Source: an uncultured SAR86 cluster bacterium (GTDB lineage: Bacteria; Pseudomonadota; Gammaproteobacteria; Magnimaribacterales; AG-339-G14). From it: a DNA stretch of 64,000 nucleotides. Under the pieces are notes generated by a model that had not been told where the DNA came from, did not search any database, and was given only the letters and a program-made list of their open reading frames with translations. Position numbers and translations under genes: made by a program. The stretch covers positions 35,526-99,525 of the forward strand of contig CACIUX010000001.1 in the NCBI GenBank assembly GCA_902589965.1. The letters run 5' to 3'. This document shows positions 46,002-57,476 of the stretch, piece after piece; the stretch's first letter is position 1; each line of letters starts with the position of its first letter.

Positions 46002-47099
46002 ATGAGTGGAAATAGTATAGGTAAATCTTTCACCGTAACTACTTTTGGTGAAAGTCATGGAAAAGCACTGGGGTGTATCATAGATGGATGCCCTCCAGGG
46101 ATTACTATTTCTGAACAAGATATTCAAGTTGAACTAGATAAAAGAAGGCCAGGCTCGAATGCATTTACAACTCAAAGAAGTGAAAAAGATAAGGTTCAAA
46201 TACTCTCAGGTATTTTTGAAGGGAAAACTACAGGCACCCCGATTGGAATGATTATTTTCAATGAGGATCAAAAAAGTGAAGACTACGATAATTTGAAAGA
46301 TGTTTTTCGTCCATCTCATGCTGACTACACTTATTTAAAAAAATATGGATTGAGAGATCACCGAGGCAGCGGTAGAGCTTCTGCAAGAGAAACCGTGATG
46401 AGAGTTGCGGCCGGAGCCATTGCAAAAAAATATTTGAAAGATCATCTAGCAGTTGAAATAACTGGTTATGTCGAACAAGTAGGAGAAATAATTGCAAATC
46501 AAATTGATCTTAAAGAGATCAATAACAATGCTTTCTTTTTTCCTGACAAAACAAAATTGAAATCTTTAGAAGATCTTATTGCCTCTTTGAGAGAAGCAGG
46601 AGATTCTGTCGGTGCAAAAATAAAAATTAATGTGAATAACGTTCCAGCAGGTTTGGGAGAACCAGTATTTGATAAGTTGGATGCTGATTTGGCTCACGGG
46701 TTAATGAGTATTAATGCAGTTAAAGGAGTTGAATTAGGGCTAGGATTTGATGTCGTTTCAAAAAAAGGAAGCGAACATAGAGATGAGATAGATCGAGATG
46801 GATTTGCTTCTAACAACGCAGGCGGAATTTTGGGCGGCATTTCTTCAGGCCAGCCAATAGATATTGCAATTGCTTTAAAACCTACATCGAGTATCAGCAC
46901 CGAAGGTAAAACTGTCGATAAATCTGGAAAAGAAACAAATGTTCAATCAATTGGTCGTCACGATCCATGTGTTGGCCTGAGAGCTGTCCCAATAGCTGAG
47001 TCCATGGTTGCAATAATTTTATTGGATCACTATCTGAGAAATCGTGCTCAAAATAATGACGTAGAAAACTCATCTTTTACGATTCCTACAAGTGAATAA
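46002..47099 (+). CDS. aroC: chorismate synthase
   Basis: [40 protein letters not shown]. Confidence 0.95.
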   Translation: MSGNSIGKSFTVTTFGESHGKALGCIIDGCPPGITISEQDIQVELDKRRPGSNAFTTQRSEKDKVQILSGIFEGKTTGTPIGMIIFNEDQKSEDYDNLKDVFRPSHADYTYLKKYGLRDHRGSGRASARETVMRVAAGAIAKKYLKDHLAVEITGYVEQVGEIIANQIDLKEINNNAFFFPDKTKLKSLEDLIASLREAGDSVGAKIKINVNNVPAGLGEPVFDKLDADLAHGLMSINAVKGVELGLGFDVVSKKGSEHRDEIDRDGFASNNAGGILGGISSGQPIDIAIALKPTSSISTEGKTVDKSGKETNVQSIGRHDPCVGLRAVPIAESMVAIILLDHYLRNRAQNNDVENSSFTIPTSE

Positions 47100-48510
47100 T
47101 CCTAATCCTAAAACCCTATACGATAAGTTATGGGATACTCATTTTGTCGGTAGTAGATCTGATAAAGGTGATTTGCTCTACATCGATCTTCACATGGTTC
47201 ATGAAGTTACTTCGCCGCAAGCGTTTGAAGGGTTGAAGATCAAAGGTATTAGTCCAAGAAGAGTAGATTCTATTGTTGCGACAGTTGATCACAATGTACC
47301 CACAACAGACAGATCTGAAGGATTAAGAGGAATAAAAGATACCATTAGTAGGGATCAAATTCAGGCACTGCAGATTAATTGTCATGATTTTGGAATAGAT
47401 TTAATCGACCTAAATGATTTGAATCAAGGAATTGTTCATGTTGTCGGCCCAGAGCAAGGTTTTACGCAACCAGGCATGACAATAGTTTGTGGTGATTCAC
47501 ATACTTCAACTCATGGTGCATTTGGATGTCTTGCAATGGGAATCGGAACAACCGAAGTTGAGCACGTTCTTGCAACACAATGCTTAGTCATGAGCAAACA
47601 AAAAAACATGAGAATCTCTATCAATGGGCCTTTGAAAAAAAATGTTTTTGCTAAAGATTTAACAATGTTTTTAATTGGAAAGATTGGTACAGCAGGAGGT
47701 ACAGGTCACGTTATTGAATATGATGGATCTACAATAGAGAGTCTCTCTATGGAAGGACGCATGACTGTTTGTAATATGGCTATAGAAGCAGGTGCAAGAG
47801 CTGGGATGATCGCTCCAGATCAAAAAACATTTGATTACCTCAAAAGTAAACCTCATACACCGAAAGGCAATGAATATGAAACAGCTCTTGAATACTGGAA
47901 AACATTTCATTCTGATGAAAACTCCAATTTTGATACTGTTCATAACTTTTTTGCTGAAGAAATTGAACCGCAAGTTACTTGGGGAACTTCACCTGAAATG
48001 GTGATAGGAGTAAAAGATCGAATACCATCTAAGGAGGATTACACCTCACAAACTGAAAGAAATAACTTTGAGGCAGCTTTGGACTACATGGGCTTAAGTG
48101 CTGGAGACTCTCTAGAGAATTACTCTCTTGATCAAATTTTTATAGGCTCATGTACTAATTCAAGAATTGAGGATTTAAGGGAAGCAGCAGAAATTTTAGA
48201 TGGCAATGTGATTTCTAAGAAGATAAAAAGAGCTATGATTGTTCCAGGCTCAGGATTAGTTAAAAAACAGGCCGAAGAAGAAGGTCTGCATGAAACTTTT
48301 ATCTCTAGTGGATTTGAGTGGAGGGAGCCTGGATGTTCTATGTGTTTAGGAATGAATCCAGATCAATTAGGAGAAAAAGAAAGATGCGCCTCTACTTCTA
48401 ATAGAAATTTTGAGGGCAGGCAGGGCCACTTAGGTAGAACTCATCTTGTAAGCCCAGCTATGGCAGCAGCTGCAGCTTTAGCTGGAAATTTTATTGATAT
48501 CTCGTCATGA
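47092..48510 (+). CDS. leuC: 3-isopropylmalate dehydratase large subunit
   Basis: [47 protein letters not shown] start overlapping the aroC stop. Confidence 0.95.
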   Translation: MNNPNPKTLYDKLWDTHFVGSRSDKGDLLYIDLHMVHEVTSPQAFEGLKIKGISPRRVDSIVATVDHNVPTTDRSEGLRGIKDTISRDQIQALQINCHDFGIDLIDLNDLNQGIVHVVGPEQGFTQPGMTIVCGDSHTSTHGAFGCLAMGIGTTEVEHVLATQCLVMSKQKNMRISINGPLKKNVFAKDLTMFLIGKIGTAGGTGHVIEYDGSTIESLSMEGRMTVCNMAIEAGARAGMIAPDQKTFDYLKSKPHTPKGNEYETALEYWKTFHSDENSNFDTVHNFFAEEIEPQVTWGTSPEMVIGVKDRIPSKEDYTSQTERNNFEAALDYMGLSAGDSLENYSLDQIFIGSCTNSRIEDLREAAEILDGNVISKKIKRAMIVPGSGLVKKQAEEEGLHETFISSGFEWREPGCSMCLGMNPDQLGEKERCASTSNRNFEGRQGHLGRTHLVSPAMAAAAALAGNFIDISS

Positions 48511-49148
48511 ATAAATCTATTTCAAATATTTTTTCTGGAGAGGCAGTGTTCTTGGATAAAGCCAATGTGGATACAGATCAAATAATCCCTAAGCAATTTT
48601 TAAAATCTATAAAGCGAACTGGCTTTGGTCCAAATTTATTCGATGCCTGGAGATATCTTGATAAAGGTGATTTGAATTCAGATAACTCAAAAAGAAAATT
48701 AAATCCTGATTTTATTCTTAATCATGATCTTTATAAATCTTGCAATATTTTAATAACCAGAGAAAATTTTGGTTGCGGATCAAGTCGGGAGCATGCTGTT
48801 TGGGCTTTAACTGATTACGGCTTTACAACTATCATTGCTCCATCTTTTGCTGATATTTTCAAAAATAATTCCTATAAAAATGGTCTCTTACTCATTGAAA
48901 TAGATAAAGAAAAAATTGATGAAATTTTTAAACAAATAACAGAGAAAAAAACAATTAACATAGAAGTAGATGTTCATAATCAATTTATTTACCTAGAGAA
49001 AAAGAAATTCCCGTTTGAATTGGATGACTTTAAGAAAAAGTTTCTTTTAGATGGAATTGATGAAGTAGGTTTTACACTCCAACATCAGAATAAAATAGAG
49101 GATTTTGAGAAAAATTATAAAAAAACTGTACCTTGGTTGTTTAAATGA
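48507..49148 (+). CDS. leuD: 3-isopropylmalate dehydratase small subunit
   Basis: [33 protein letters not shown] overlap with leuC. Confidence 0.95.
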   Translation: MNKSISNIFSGEAVFLDKANVDTDQIIPKQFLKSIKRTGFGPNLFDAWRYLDKGDLNSDNSKRKLNPDFILNHDLYKSCNILITRENFGCGSSREHAVWALTDYGFTTIIAPSFADIFKNNSYKNGLLLIEIDKEKIDEIFKQITEKKTINIEVDVHNQFIYLEKKKFPFELDDFKKKFLLDGIDEVGFTLQHQNKIEDFEKNYKKTVPWLFK

Positions 49149-50206
49149 AAGACATTGATTTACTTCTTTTAAGCGGTGATGGCGTGGGTCCAGAAATTAT
49201 GGAAAGTGCGATTTCTTTGCTTGAAAAAATTCAATCAAGTTTCAAGATTAACTTCAATTTGATCGAAGGTCTTATCGGTGGAGCTTCAATTGATGCTCAT
49301 GGACTACCGATATCAGATGAAACTTTGAATCAAGCATCTCAAGCAGACTCAATCTTATTTGGTGCAGTGGGAGGTCCTAAATGGGATTCACTTCCTCCTA
49401 ATGAAAAACCTGAAAAAGGGTTGTTAGAACTAAGATCTTCATTAGGCCTGTTTGCAAATCTAAGGCCTGCAATTTTATTTGATAGTTCCTTGGAAGCATC
49501 ATCCTTAAAGCCCGATATCATAAAAGATCTTGATATGCTTATCGTAAGAGAACTCACAGGCGGTATATATTTTGGTGAGCCTAGAGAAAAAAAATCATCT
49601 TCTGCTTTTAATACAATGATTTATGAAAGGCATGAAGTTGAAAGAATCGCCAGAGTTGCTTTTGATTCTGCATCCTTAAGAAACAAAAAAGTTTGTTCAG
49701 TTGATAAATCAAACGTCCTTGAAGTGTCAGAATTTTGGAGGGAAGTTGTAATAGATGTATCAAAAGATTATCCAGATATAGAATTAAGTCATATGCTTGT
49801 CGACAACGCTGCTATGCAGCTTGTGAAAAATCCTAAACAATTTGATGTCATTCTTTCAAGTAACTTATTTGGAGATATCCTCTCCGATATTTCTGCAATG
49901 CTTACTGGATCTATTGGGATGCTTCCTTCTGCTTCTTTGGATAATAAAAATAAAGGGTTGTATGAACCAGTTCATGGCAGTGCTCCTGATATTGCAGGAC
50001 AAGGAACAGTAAACCCGATTGCGATGATTCTTTCGGTTGGGATGATGTTTAGGTATTCACTTAATGAATTAGAGATATCAGAAAAGATTAAAAGTGCAGT
50101 CTCAAATACTCTAAATGATGGATATGCTACTAAAGATATTGCTGATAAGAATAGTAAAATTTGTTCAACTAAAGAATTAACAAAAGTAATTATCGATCAT
50201 GTCTAA
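49145..50206 (+). CDS. leuB: 3-isopropylmalate dehydrogenase
   Basis: GDGVGPEI, LFGAVGGPKW, NLFGDILSD, GSAPDIAGQG. Confidence 0.95.
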   Translation: MKDIDLLLLSGDGVGPEIMESAISLLEKIQSSFKINFNLIEGLIGGASIDAHGLPISDETLNQASQADSILFGAVGGPKWDSLPPNEKPEKGLLELRSSLGLFANLRPAILFDSSLEASSLKPDIIKDLDMLIVRELTGGIYFGEPREKKSSSAFNTMIYERHEVERIARVAFDSASLRNKKVCSVDKSNVLEVSEFWREVVIDVSKDYPDIELSHMLVDNAAMQLVKNPKQFDVILSSNLFGDILSDISAMLTGSIGMLPSASLDNKNKGLYEPVHGSAPDIAGQGTVNPIAMILSVGMMFRYSLNELEISEKIKSAVSNTLNDGYATKDIADKNSKICSTKELTKVIIDHV

Positions 50207-51410
50207 TATTAAGTTAGCAATAGTAGGCGCCACGGGTGCGGTTGGAAGAGAATTTTTGAGAATTCTTGCAGAACAGCAGTTTCCCGCTGAGAATCTTTTT
50301 TTGGTTGCTTCATCTAAATCTGCAGGTAAGGCAATTAAATATTTTGAAAAAATTATAGAAATTGAAGATCTTCAACTTTTCGATTTTGGTAAAGCTAGCG
50401 TGGCATTTTTTTCAGCCGGATCATCAGTTGCTGAATCTCACGCATCTCAAGCTATCGAGAAAGGTTGCACTGTCATAGATAATTCATCTTTTTTTAGAAA
50501 CAGAGACGATCTTGAACTCATTGTTCCTGAAGTAAATGGATCTAGACTAGAAGATCTTAATTTGCCTGCAATAATTGCTAACCCGAATTGTTCCACTGCC
50601 CAAATGGTAGTTGCTCTAAAGCCTTTCCATGATCTATTTAAGATAAAAAGAGTAGACGTTGCTACTTATCAATCAGTATCTGGAACGGGACAATCAGCCT
50701 CTGAAGAACTTAAAGAACAATCTCGAAAAATTCTCGATGGTGAAGAACATTCTAATAATGTTTACCCAGTGCAAATAGCTTTCAATGCATTGCCTCTTGC
50801 TGGCGATATCTTAGAAAATAATTATTCAGAAGAAGAAATGAAACTTACGATCGAGACAAAGAAGATATTTTCTGACGACATTGAGGTATCAGCAACATGC
50901 GTAAGAGTTCCAGTTCAAAGAGGTCATGGAGAGGTCATACACTTGGAAACAGAAAAAGAAATTAATTTAGAAGAAGTTAAAGATTCAATTAATAATCAAA
51001 ATGGACTCATACTGTGTGATTCCGATGAAGATTTTTTCCCAACTCCAGTTACTCATGCTGAAAAATCCAATGAAGTTTTTATTGGCAGATTAAGAAAGGA
51101 TTTATGGAAAGATAATAGAGCAAATTTTTGGATTGTCTCTGATAATTTAAGAAAAGGAGCAGCTTGGAATAGTTACCAAATCCTTTCTTCGCTCATTAAA
51201 AATAAGTCGCATGAATTGCTCAATGACGAGTATGCAGAGGTTGGAGATCCTATTGATGCAAGATTAAATCTAGCCGTTAGTTATATCGAAATGGGGAAAG
51301 CATACGATGCAAAAGCTATCATTTATGAGGTTTTTGATTTAAGTCCTAATTTTGAACAAAAAAATAAAGCCGACTCTCTTCTTCAAAAGATAAATGATCA
51401 AGGAAGTTAA
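50199..51410 (+). CDS. asd: aspartate-semialdehyde dehydrogenase family protein (Asd/USG-1 type) with about 66-aa C-terminal extension carrying a FimV C-terminal-like motif
   Basis: LAIVGATGAVG, active-site IANPNCSTAQMV, CVRVPVQRGHGE, SDNLRKGAAWN. After LIKNK the ORF continues in frame with ...DPIDARLNLAVSYIEMGKAYDAKAIIYEVFDLSPNFEQKNKADSLLQKIN. Confidence 0.75.
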   Translation: MSNIKLAIVGATGAVGREFLRILAEQQFPAENLFLVASSKSAGKAIKYFEKIIEIEDLQLFDFGKASVAFFSAGSSVAESHASQAIEKGCTVIDNSSFFRNRDDLELIVPEVNGSRLEDLNLPAIIANPNCSTAQMVVALKPFHDLFKIKRVDVATYQSVSGTGQSASEELKEQSRKILDGEEHSNNVYPVQIAFNALPLAGDILENNYSEEEMKLTIETKKIFSDDIEVSATCVRVPVQRGHGEVIHLETEKEINLEEVKDSINNQNGLILCDSDEDFFPTPVTHAEKSNEVFIGRLRKDLWKDNRANFWIVSDNLRKGAAWNSYQILSSLIKNKSHELLNDEYAEVGDPIDARLNLAVSYIEMGKAYDAKAIIYEVFDLSPNFEQKNKADSLLQKINDQGS

Positions 51411-52197
51411 GAAGTACGCGCTTGGGTTAGAGTACATAGGTACAAATTTAAAAGGCTGGCAAAGACAAAAAAAGGGTCACACAACCGTACAAGATATCGT
51501 TGAAAAATCACTATCAAAATTTCTTGATCAGAAAATATCAACAATTTGCTCAGGAAGGACTGATTCCGGCGTCCACGCGCTGAATCAAACTGTACATTTT
51601 GAGACAAGCAAAAGTAGAACTGATGAATCTTTCCTCAAGGGGCTTAATTCCTTAATGGGTCCTCAAGTTAAAGCAATTTGGATAAAAAAAGTTGATAAAG
51701 ATTTCAGTGCAAGATTTTCAGCCATTAAAAGAAGGTATAGGTACGTCATTGAAGAAAGATCAACTGGTTCTGTTTTTTCGAGTAATTATTCTTTATCTGT
51801 TCAAAAGAAAATTAATGTTAGTAAGTTAAAAAAAGCTTCTAAATTTTTGATTGGAGAAAATAATTTTAGTTCTTTTCGTTCATCTTCATGTCAATCTCAC
51901 AGTCCTTTTAGAAATATTGAATCAATTAAAATTTCAAGGAAGGGAGAATTTATTTTTTTTGATATTACCGGGAATGCATTTTTACATAATATGATAAGAA
52001 TTATTATGGGTACCCTGATTATGATATCCGATGATAATTTAAATCCAGATATCATGAAAAAAATCCTAGCTGCTAAAGACAGAAACTTAGCAGGTAAAAC
52101 AATTACTTCTAAAGGTTTATTTTATTTTGGCCCCGAATATCCTAAAGCAATGAAGATACCCTGTATTAATTTTGAACATAGTTCATTTATCTTTTGA
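51394..52197 (+). CDS. truA: tRNA pseudouridine(38-40) synthase
   Basis: YALGLEYIGTNLKGWQRQ, CSGRTDSGVHA, AFLHNMIR. Confidence 0.95.
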   Translation: MIKEVKKYALGLEYIGTNLKGWQRQKKGHTTVQDIVEKSLSKFLDQKISTICSGRTDSGVHALNQTVHFETSKSRTDESFLKGLNSLMGPQVKAIWIKKVDKDFSARFSAIKRRYRYVIEERSTGSVFSSNYSLSVQKKINVSKLKKASKFLIGENNFSSFRSSSCQSHSPFRNIESIKISRKGEFIFFDITGNAFLHNMIRIIMGTLIMISDDNLNPDIMKKILAAKDRNLAGKTITSKGLFYFGPEYPKAMKIPCINFEHSSFIF

Positions 52198-52201
52198 AAA
52201 C

Positions 52202-52828
52202 ATGAGCATCTATACAAAAATTTGCGGAATAAATGACAAAGAATCTGGATTGCTTTGTTCAAATTTAGGAGCCGATGCACTGGGGTTTATTAGATATGAA
52301 AAATCACCCAGGTTTGTTGAATTGGATGTGCCACTCAAAATTCAAGAAAGTTTAGATAAGGAACTTGATATAGTTTTTGTATTTGTTAATCCCAGCGAGA
52401 AAGAGGTTAAAACAGTTATTGAAAAATTTCCTAATTCAATAATTCAATTTCACGGAGAGGAGCCGGCTGGGTTTTGTGAATCATTTGGTAGGAAATACAT
52501 TAAAGCATTTCATGCTTATAACTTAAGGTATTGGAAAAACTATATGGATTTGTACTCTAGTGCGCATGCTTTTTTAATTGATTCGGGTAATTCAGTTCAA
52601 AAGGGTGGAACAGGGATTGCTTTTGATTGGAAGCTTATTCCAAAAACAGAAAAAGAAAAAATAATCATTGCAGGAGGCATTAATTCTAGTAACGTTTCTG
52701 ATTTGTTAAGTAAAAAGCATAATATTTTTGGAATTGATGTAAATTCTGGACTAGAGTCCAAGGAAGCAATAAAAGATATAGAAAAAATTGAGACTTTTTT
52801 TAAGGTTTTGAAAAAAAATGGCAAATAA
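52202..52828 (+). CDS. trpF: phosphoribosylanthranilate isomerase
   Basis: [34 protein letters not shown] 52202 lies just after the truA stop. Confidence 0.9.
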   Translation: MSIYTKICGINDKESGLLCSNLGADALGFIRYEKSPRFVELDVPLKIQESLDKELDIVFVFVNPSEKEVKTVIEKFPNSIIQFHGEEPAGFCESFGRKYIKAFHAYNLRYWKNYMDLYSSAHAFLIDSGNSVQKGGTGIAFDWKLIPKTEKEKIIIAGGINSSNVSDLLSKKHNIFGIDVNSGLESKEAIKDIEKIETFFKVLKKNGK

Positions 52829-54029
52829 AACTAATAATTACAACTATCCTGACAAAAACGGACGATTTGGTTCATTTGGAGGCAGGTACGTTTCTGAAAC
52901 CTTAATTTCTGCATTAGAAGAACTAGAATCTTTATATAAAAAGATTAAAAACGATAAAAAATTTCAGGAAGAGTTAACCAATGACCTGCAAACATTTGTT
53001 GGGAGGCCTTCGCCTCTATATTTTGCAAAGAGATGGACCGATAAACTTAATGGAGCCAAAGTCTTCCTTAAGAGGGAAGATTTAAATCATACTGGGGCTC
53101 ACAAAATTAATAATACTGTTGGCCAAGTTCTTTTAGCAAAGAAAATGGGCAAGAAAAGGATTATTGCAGAGACCGGAGCTGGACAACATGGCGTTGCAAC
53201 TGCTGCTGTGTGCGCGCGTCATGGAATAGAATGCATAATTTTTATGGGATCTGAAGATATCCAAAGACAGGCCCAGAATGTCTATAGAATGAAATTAATG
53301 GGAGCAGAAGTATGTCCGGTTTCTTCAGGGACATCGACATTAAAAGATGCAATGAATGAAGCTATGAGAGATTGGGTTTCCTACATAGACGACACTCATT
53401 ATATTATTGGCAGTGTAGCCGGCCCTCACCCATATCCAATGATTGTTAGGGATTTTAATTCAATCGTTGGAACAGAACTAAAAAAACAATCAAAAATCCT
53501 TTTTGGAAAGTATCCAGATAAAATAGTCGCTTGCGTTGGAGGGGGTTCTAATGCCATGGGAATTTTTTACCCTTTTATTAAGGACAAAGAGGTAGATTTA
53601 ATTGGAGTCGAGGCCGCAGGATCTGGACTAAGTTCAGGCAAGCATGCTGCACCCTTGAGCGATGGATCTCCTGGAGTTCTGCATGGAATGAAAACTTATT
53701 TAATGCAAAACTCAGATGGTCAAATTTTGGGGACTCATTCAGTTTCAGCTGGGCTAGATTATCCTGGAGTAGGTCCTGAACATTCTTTCTTGAAAGATAT
53801 GGGCAGAGTGCATTATGAAGCAGCTACAGACAAAGAGGCTCTTAAAGCTTTCCACGATTTAAGTCGAATCGAAGGAATAATGCCAGCGTTAGAGACTTCA
53901 CATGCCTTAGCTTGGGTATCCAAGAATGCTAAGAAATTGAAAAAATCAGACATCGTGGTTGTCAATTTATCTGGTAGAGGAGATAAAGACATGCAATCAG
54001 TGGCCAAAGCTGATGGAATTAATTTTTGA
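52818..54029 (+). CDS. trpB: tryptophan synthase beta chain
   Basis: [47 protein letters not shown]. Confidence 0.95.
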   Translation: MANKTNNYNYPDKNGRFGSFGGRYVSETLISALEELESLYKKIKNDKKFQEELTNDLQTFVGRPSPLYFAKRWTDKLNGAKVFLKREDLNHTGAHKINNTVGQVLLAKKMGKKRIIAETGAGQHGVATAAVCARHGIECIIFMGSEDIQRQAQNVYRMKLMGAEVCPVSSGTSTLKDAMNEAMRDWVSYIDDTHYIIGSVAGPHPYPMIVRDFNSIVGTELKKQSKILFGKYPDKIVACVGGGSNAMGIFYPFIKDKEVDLIGVEAAGSGLSSGKHAAPLSDGSPGVLHGMKTYLMQNSDGQILGTHSVSAGLDYPGVGPEHSFLKDMGRVHYEAATDKEALKAFHDLSRIEGIMPALETSHALAWVSKNAKKLKKSDIVVVNLSGRGDKDMQSVAKADGINF

Positions 54030-54035
54030 TCTAAA

Positions 54036-54836
54036 ATGGGAAGAATCAAAGACTCTTTTGAAAGGGCAAGAAATCAAGAGTCAAAAACACTAATCACCTA
54101 CTATGTAGCTGGCGATAATAATATAAACTTTTCAAAAAAAGTTTTTCTTAAACTATTATCTCATGCAGATATCATCGAAATAGGAGTTCCTTTTTCAGAT
54201 CCTATGGCTGAAGGATCTGTTATTCAGCGTTCTCACGAGAGAGCATTAAGCTCCGATATTACCTTCAGCAAAATATTATCTTTAGTTAAGGAGTTGAGAA
54301 TCCATAATCAAGATAAGCCAATTGTGCTCATGGGTTATATGAATAATTTTCTCTCACAAGGAGAGAACCTGTTCAAAAAAATAAAAAAGGCAGGAGTTGA
54401 TGGACTGATAATTGTGGATCTACCCTACGAAGAAAGTGAATTTTTTTATAATAAACTTAAAGACATTGATTTGGATTTAATCAGGCTAATTTCTCCCACA
54501 ACTCCAAAAAAAACAATCGAAAAAATAGTTAAATTTTCTAGTGGCTTTCTCTATTATGTTTCTTTTAGAGGAGTAACAGGCGCCAAACTTTCAAATTTTA
54601 AAGAAGTGCAAGATAAGGTTAAATACATCAAATCAAAAACAAAAATTCCGGTTGTGGTAGGATTCGGAATAAAGGAAGGGGAGATCGCTCAAAAAATGTC
54701 AAAAATATCTGATGGCGTAGTTGTTGGTAGTAGATTAATTGATATTATTCAACAAAAGAATTTTAGATTGAATGACTCACTTAAGTTTTTAGAAAAGTCT
54801 CTGAAAACATTTAAAAGAGATGTTAGAAAAAAATGA
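54036..54836 (+). CDS. trpA: tryptophan synthase alpha chain
   Basis: IEIGVPFSDPMAEGSVIQ, YYVSFRGVTG, VGFGI. Confidence 0.9.
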   Translation: MGRIKDSFERARNQESKTLITYYVAGDNNINFSKKVFLKLLSHADIIEIGVPFSDPMAEGSVIQRSHERALSSDITFSKILSLVKELRIHNQDKPIVLMGYMNNFLSQGENLFKKIKKAGVDGLIIVDLPYEESEFFYNKLKDIDLDLIRLISPTTPKKTIEKIVKFSSGFLYYVSFRGVTGAKLSNFKEVQDKVKYIKSKTKIPVVVGFGIKEGEIAQKMSKISDGVVVGSRLIDIIQQKNFRLNDSLKFLEKSLKTFKRDVRKK

Positions 54837-55702
54837 AAAAATGGTTTGATAAAATTCTTCCTTCTTTTATAAGACAAAATCCTGAAGAGAGACCTAGTCC
54901 AATCCCACAAGGTCTCTGGCAGAGTTGCCCAAACTGCAATGAAATAATCTATGGGCCGGACCTAGAGGAAAATCATTATGTTTGCACTAACTGTGGGCAT
55001 CACATAAGAATAGGTGCAAGACATAGAATGAGCTATTTCTTTGATAATAATGAGTATCAAGAAATCTCAGAAAGCATTGAAACTAAAGACTGGCTTGATT
55101 TTAAAGATACTAAAAAATATAAAGATCGAATCTCAGAATCTATTAATAAAATAAATGAGAAAGAAGCCATCATTTCCGCTTACGGTAAAGTCAAAGATAG
55201 AGAAATGGTCGCCGCAGCATTCGAATTCAGATTCATGGGCGGATCGATGGGTTCAGTGGTAGGTCAAAAATTTACTGATGCAGTATATTATGCTGTTGAT
55301 AAGAAACTGCCTTTTGTTTGTTTTTCTACTAGCGGAGGAGCAAGAATGCAAGAATCATTAGTTTCTCTCTTTCAAATGGCAAAAACAGCAGCAGCTCTCA
55401 ATGATCTCAAGCAAGCAAAGCTGCCTTTCATATCAGTACTAACCGATCCAATTTATGGAGGCGTTGCCGCGAGTCTCGCCATGTTGGGAGATGTAAATAT
55501 AGCGGAACCTAAAGCTCAGGTCGGATTCACTGGACCTAGAGTCATTGAGCAAACTGTAAGAGTTAAACTGCCTGATGGTTTTCAAAAAAGTGAATTTCTT
55601 TTAAAGCATGGAATGATCGATATGATAGTGCCTAGGACTGAACTAAAAGAAAAAATATTTAATTTAGTATCAAAATTATCACCAAAGATTGACGAAGCTT
55701 GA
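54833..55702 (+). CDS. accD: acetyl-CoA carboxylase carboxyltransferase beta subunit
   Basis: N-terminal Zn ribbon CPNCNEIIY...CTNCGHH, then FRFMGGSMGSVVG and SGGARMQE. Confidence 0.95.
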   Translation: MKKWFDKILPSFIRQNPEERPSPIPQGLWQSCPNCNEIIYGPDLEENHYVCTNCGHHIRIGARHRMSYFFDNNEYQEISESIETKDWLDFKDTKKYKDRISESINKINEKEAIISAYGKVKDREMVAAAFEFRFMGGSMGSVVGQKFTDAVYYAVDKKLPFVCFSTSGGARMQESLVSLFQMAKTAAALNDLKQAKLPFISVLTDPIYGGVAASLAMLGDVNIAEPKAQVGFTGPRVIEQTVRVKLPDGFQKSEFLLKHGMIDMIVPRTELKEKIFNLVSKLSPKIDEA

Positions 55703-56906
55703 AGCTTGGATAAGCAAATTCCTTTTTTCTGAGGATAACTCTGAAAAGGGTCTTAAAAATCCTCAGAAGGTCTATGATCTTCTCAACATCCAACCCAGAG
55801 GAAAGATTATTCTCATATCAGGCACCAATGGAAAAGGAACTACAGGTGAAATATTAACTCAACTTGGTTTACAGAAAGGTTTAAAAGTCGGTACTTTTTC
55901 CTCGCCTCATTTAATTCGAATTAACGAAAGAATAAAAATAAATGGTGAGTCAATATCGGATGACTTATTTTTGAACTCCCTGGAAGCTGTGAAAGAAGCC
56001 AAAGGAGATATCCCACTTAATTTTTTCCAGTATCTAGCATTAGCTATGATTAAAATTTTCAATGATGAGAATATTGATCTCTGGATTGTAGAAATTGGCA
56101 TTGGAGGAAGGTTAGATCCAACAAATATTTTAAATGCAGATCTATCTATCATTACAAACGTTCAACTTGATCATGAAGAAATTTTAGGGAGAGGAATAGA
56201 AAATATTGCAAAAGAAAAGGCTGGAATCATTAAAGAAAATAAAAATTTTATTTTTGGCCATTCTCGCGTACCGAATTCTTTAAAAAAAGAAATCAAAATT
56301 AAAAATGCTAACTCATCTTTTTTAAAAAAAGATTTCGAAGTAAAGAAGAACAAAGAAAGCATTTTATATTTTGATAAGAAGAACCAATTCAAACTTGAAG
56401 ATAAACGAAATATAGATTCATCATCTATAGCGGTCGCTATAAGGTCATTCATAAGTCTAGGATTCAAGATTTCGGAAAACCAAGTTCAAAAAGCTTTGGA
56501 TTCATTTTCTATTAAAGGAAGATGCGAAGTTATTTCAGAAGATCCTTATATCTTGTTAGATGTTTGCCACAACTTGTCTGCATTAGAGAAATTAAAAAAA
56601 GAACTCCTTAAAAAAATTGAAGGTAAAAAAACTGCTGCAATTTTCGCATCATCAAAGAATAGTTATGATCTTATTTCTCCTCTTAAGGAAATGATTGACT
56701 GTTGGCATTTTCCTAGATGTAAAGAAAGAAGATTGATGGATCCAGAGCAATTCTTAACTTCAGTAAATAATGAAAGTATCGGTTCTCACGGTGAAAGTTT
56801 AGAAGTTACTTATAAGAAATTAAAAAATAAAAATGAATTCGATGCGATAATTATCTATGGATCATTCTATTTAGTGGGAGAGTTTCTAGAATCAAATTTA
56901 GTATGA
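55689..56906 (+). CDS. folC: bifunctional folylpolyglutamate synthase/dihydrofolate synthase
   Basis: P-loop ISGTNGKGTTGE, SPHLIRINERI, EIGIGGRLDPTN, DHEEILG, KEKAGI. TTG start overlapping the accD end. Confidence 0.9.
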   Translation: MTKLEAWISKFLFSEDNSEKGLKNPQKVYDLLNIQPRGKIILISGTNGKGTTGEILTQLGLQKGLKVGTFSSPHLIRINERIKINGESISDDLFLNSLEAVKEAKGDIPLNFFQYLALAMIKIFNDENIDLWIVEIGIGGRLDPTNILNADLSIITNVQLDHEEILGRGIENIAKEKAGIIKENKNFIFGHSRVPNSLKKEIKIKNANSSFLKKDFEVKKNKESILYFDKKNQFKLEDKRNIDSSSIAVAIRSFISLGFKISENQVQKALDSFSIKGRCEVISEDPYILLDVCHNLSALEKLKKELLKKIEGKKTAAIFASSKNSYDLISPLKEMIDCWHFPRCKERRLMDPEQFLTSVNNESIGSHGESLEVTYKKLKNKNEFDAIIIYGSFYLVGEFLESNLV

Positions 56907-56919
56907 TGTAGAATCAATC

Positions 56920-57474
56920 ATGGATATTCTTGAAGGAAATATTTCTTTAAATTGGATTGATTTTTTATTGGCAGGAATATTTATTTTTTCTCTTGTTGTA
57001 GGAACCTTTAAAGGTTTAATAAAAGAAATATTTTCTGTAGTTGAGTGGGTAGGTTCAATTTTTCTTGCATATTTCTTTAGACTAAATTTATCTTCGGCAT
57101 TGCCTTTAGATAATCTTAATGAATTCACTAAAGAAATTTTAAGTTCAATCATTATTTTTGTTTGTGCTTTCATTATATTCAGACTTGTTGGGAATATTAT
57201 TTCAAAAGGAATGAGGCTTATCGGCCTTTCATTTTTTGATAGGTTTTTAGGATCAGCTTTCGGAGCTTTGAGAGCCTTGGTTGTTTTAGTATTTATTTTT
57301 TTGATTTCAAAGGAAGAGTTAGCAAATAAAGAATGGTGGGAGGAGAGTTATTTTTCTTACCATATCATCGAAATTTCAAAATTAATTGAAGAATATGATG
57401 TCCCTGAAAAAATTAAAGGGGTAAAATTTCCACTTCAAGAAAATCTAGATTCTATAAACAAAAAGATTCAATAA
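56920..57474 (+). CDS. cvpA: CvpA-family membrane protein (colicin V production protein)
   Basis: NWIDFLLAGIFIFSLVVGTFKGLIKEIFS is a CvpA-type N-terminus. Four hydrophobic segments. Conserved position between folC and purF. Confidence 0.8.
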   Translation: MDILEGNISLNWIDFLLAGIFIFSLVVGTFKGLIKEIFSVVEWVGSIFLAYFFRLNLSSALPLDNLNEFTKEILSSIIIFVCAFIIFRLVGNIISKGMRLIGLSFFDRFLGSAFGALRALVVLVFIFLISKEELANKEWWEESYFSYHIIEISKLIEEYDVPEKIKGVKFPLQENLDSINKKIQ

Positions 57475-57476
57475 AA

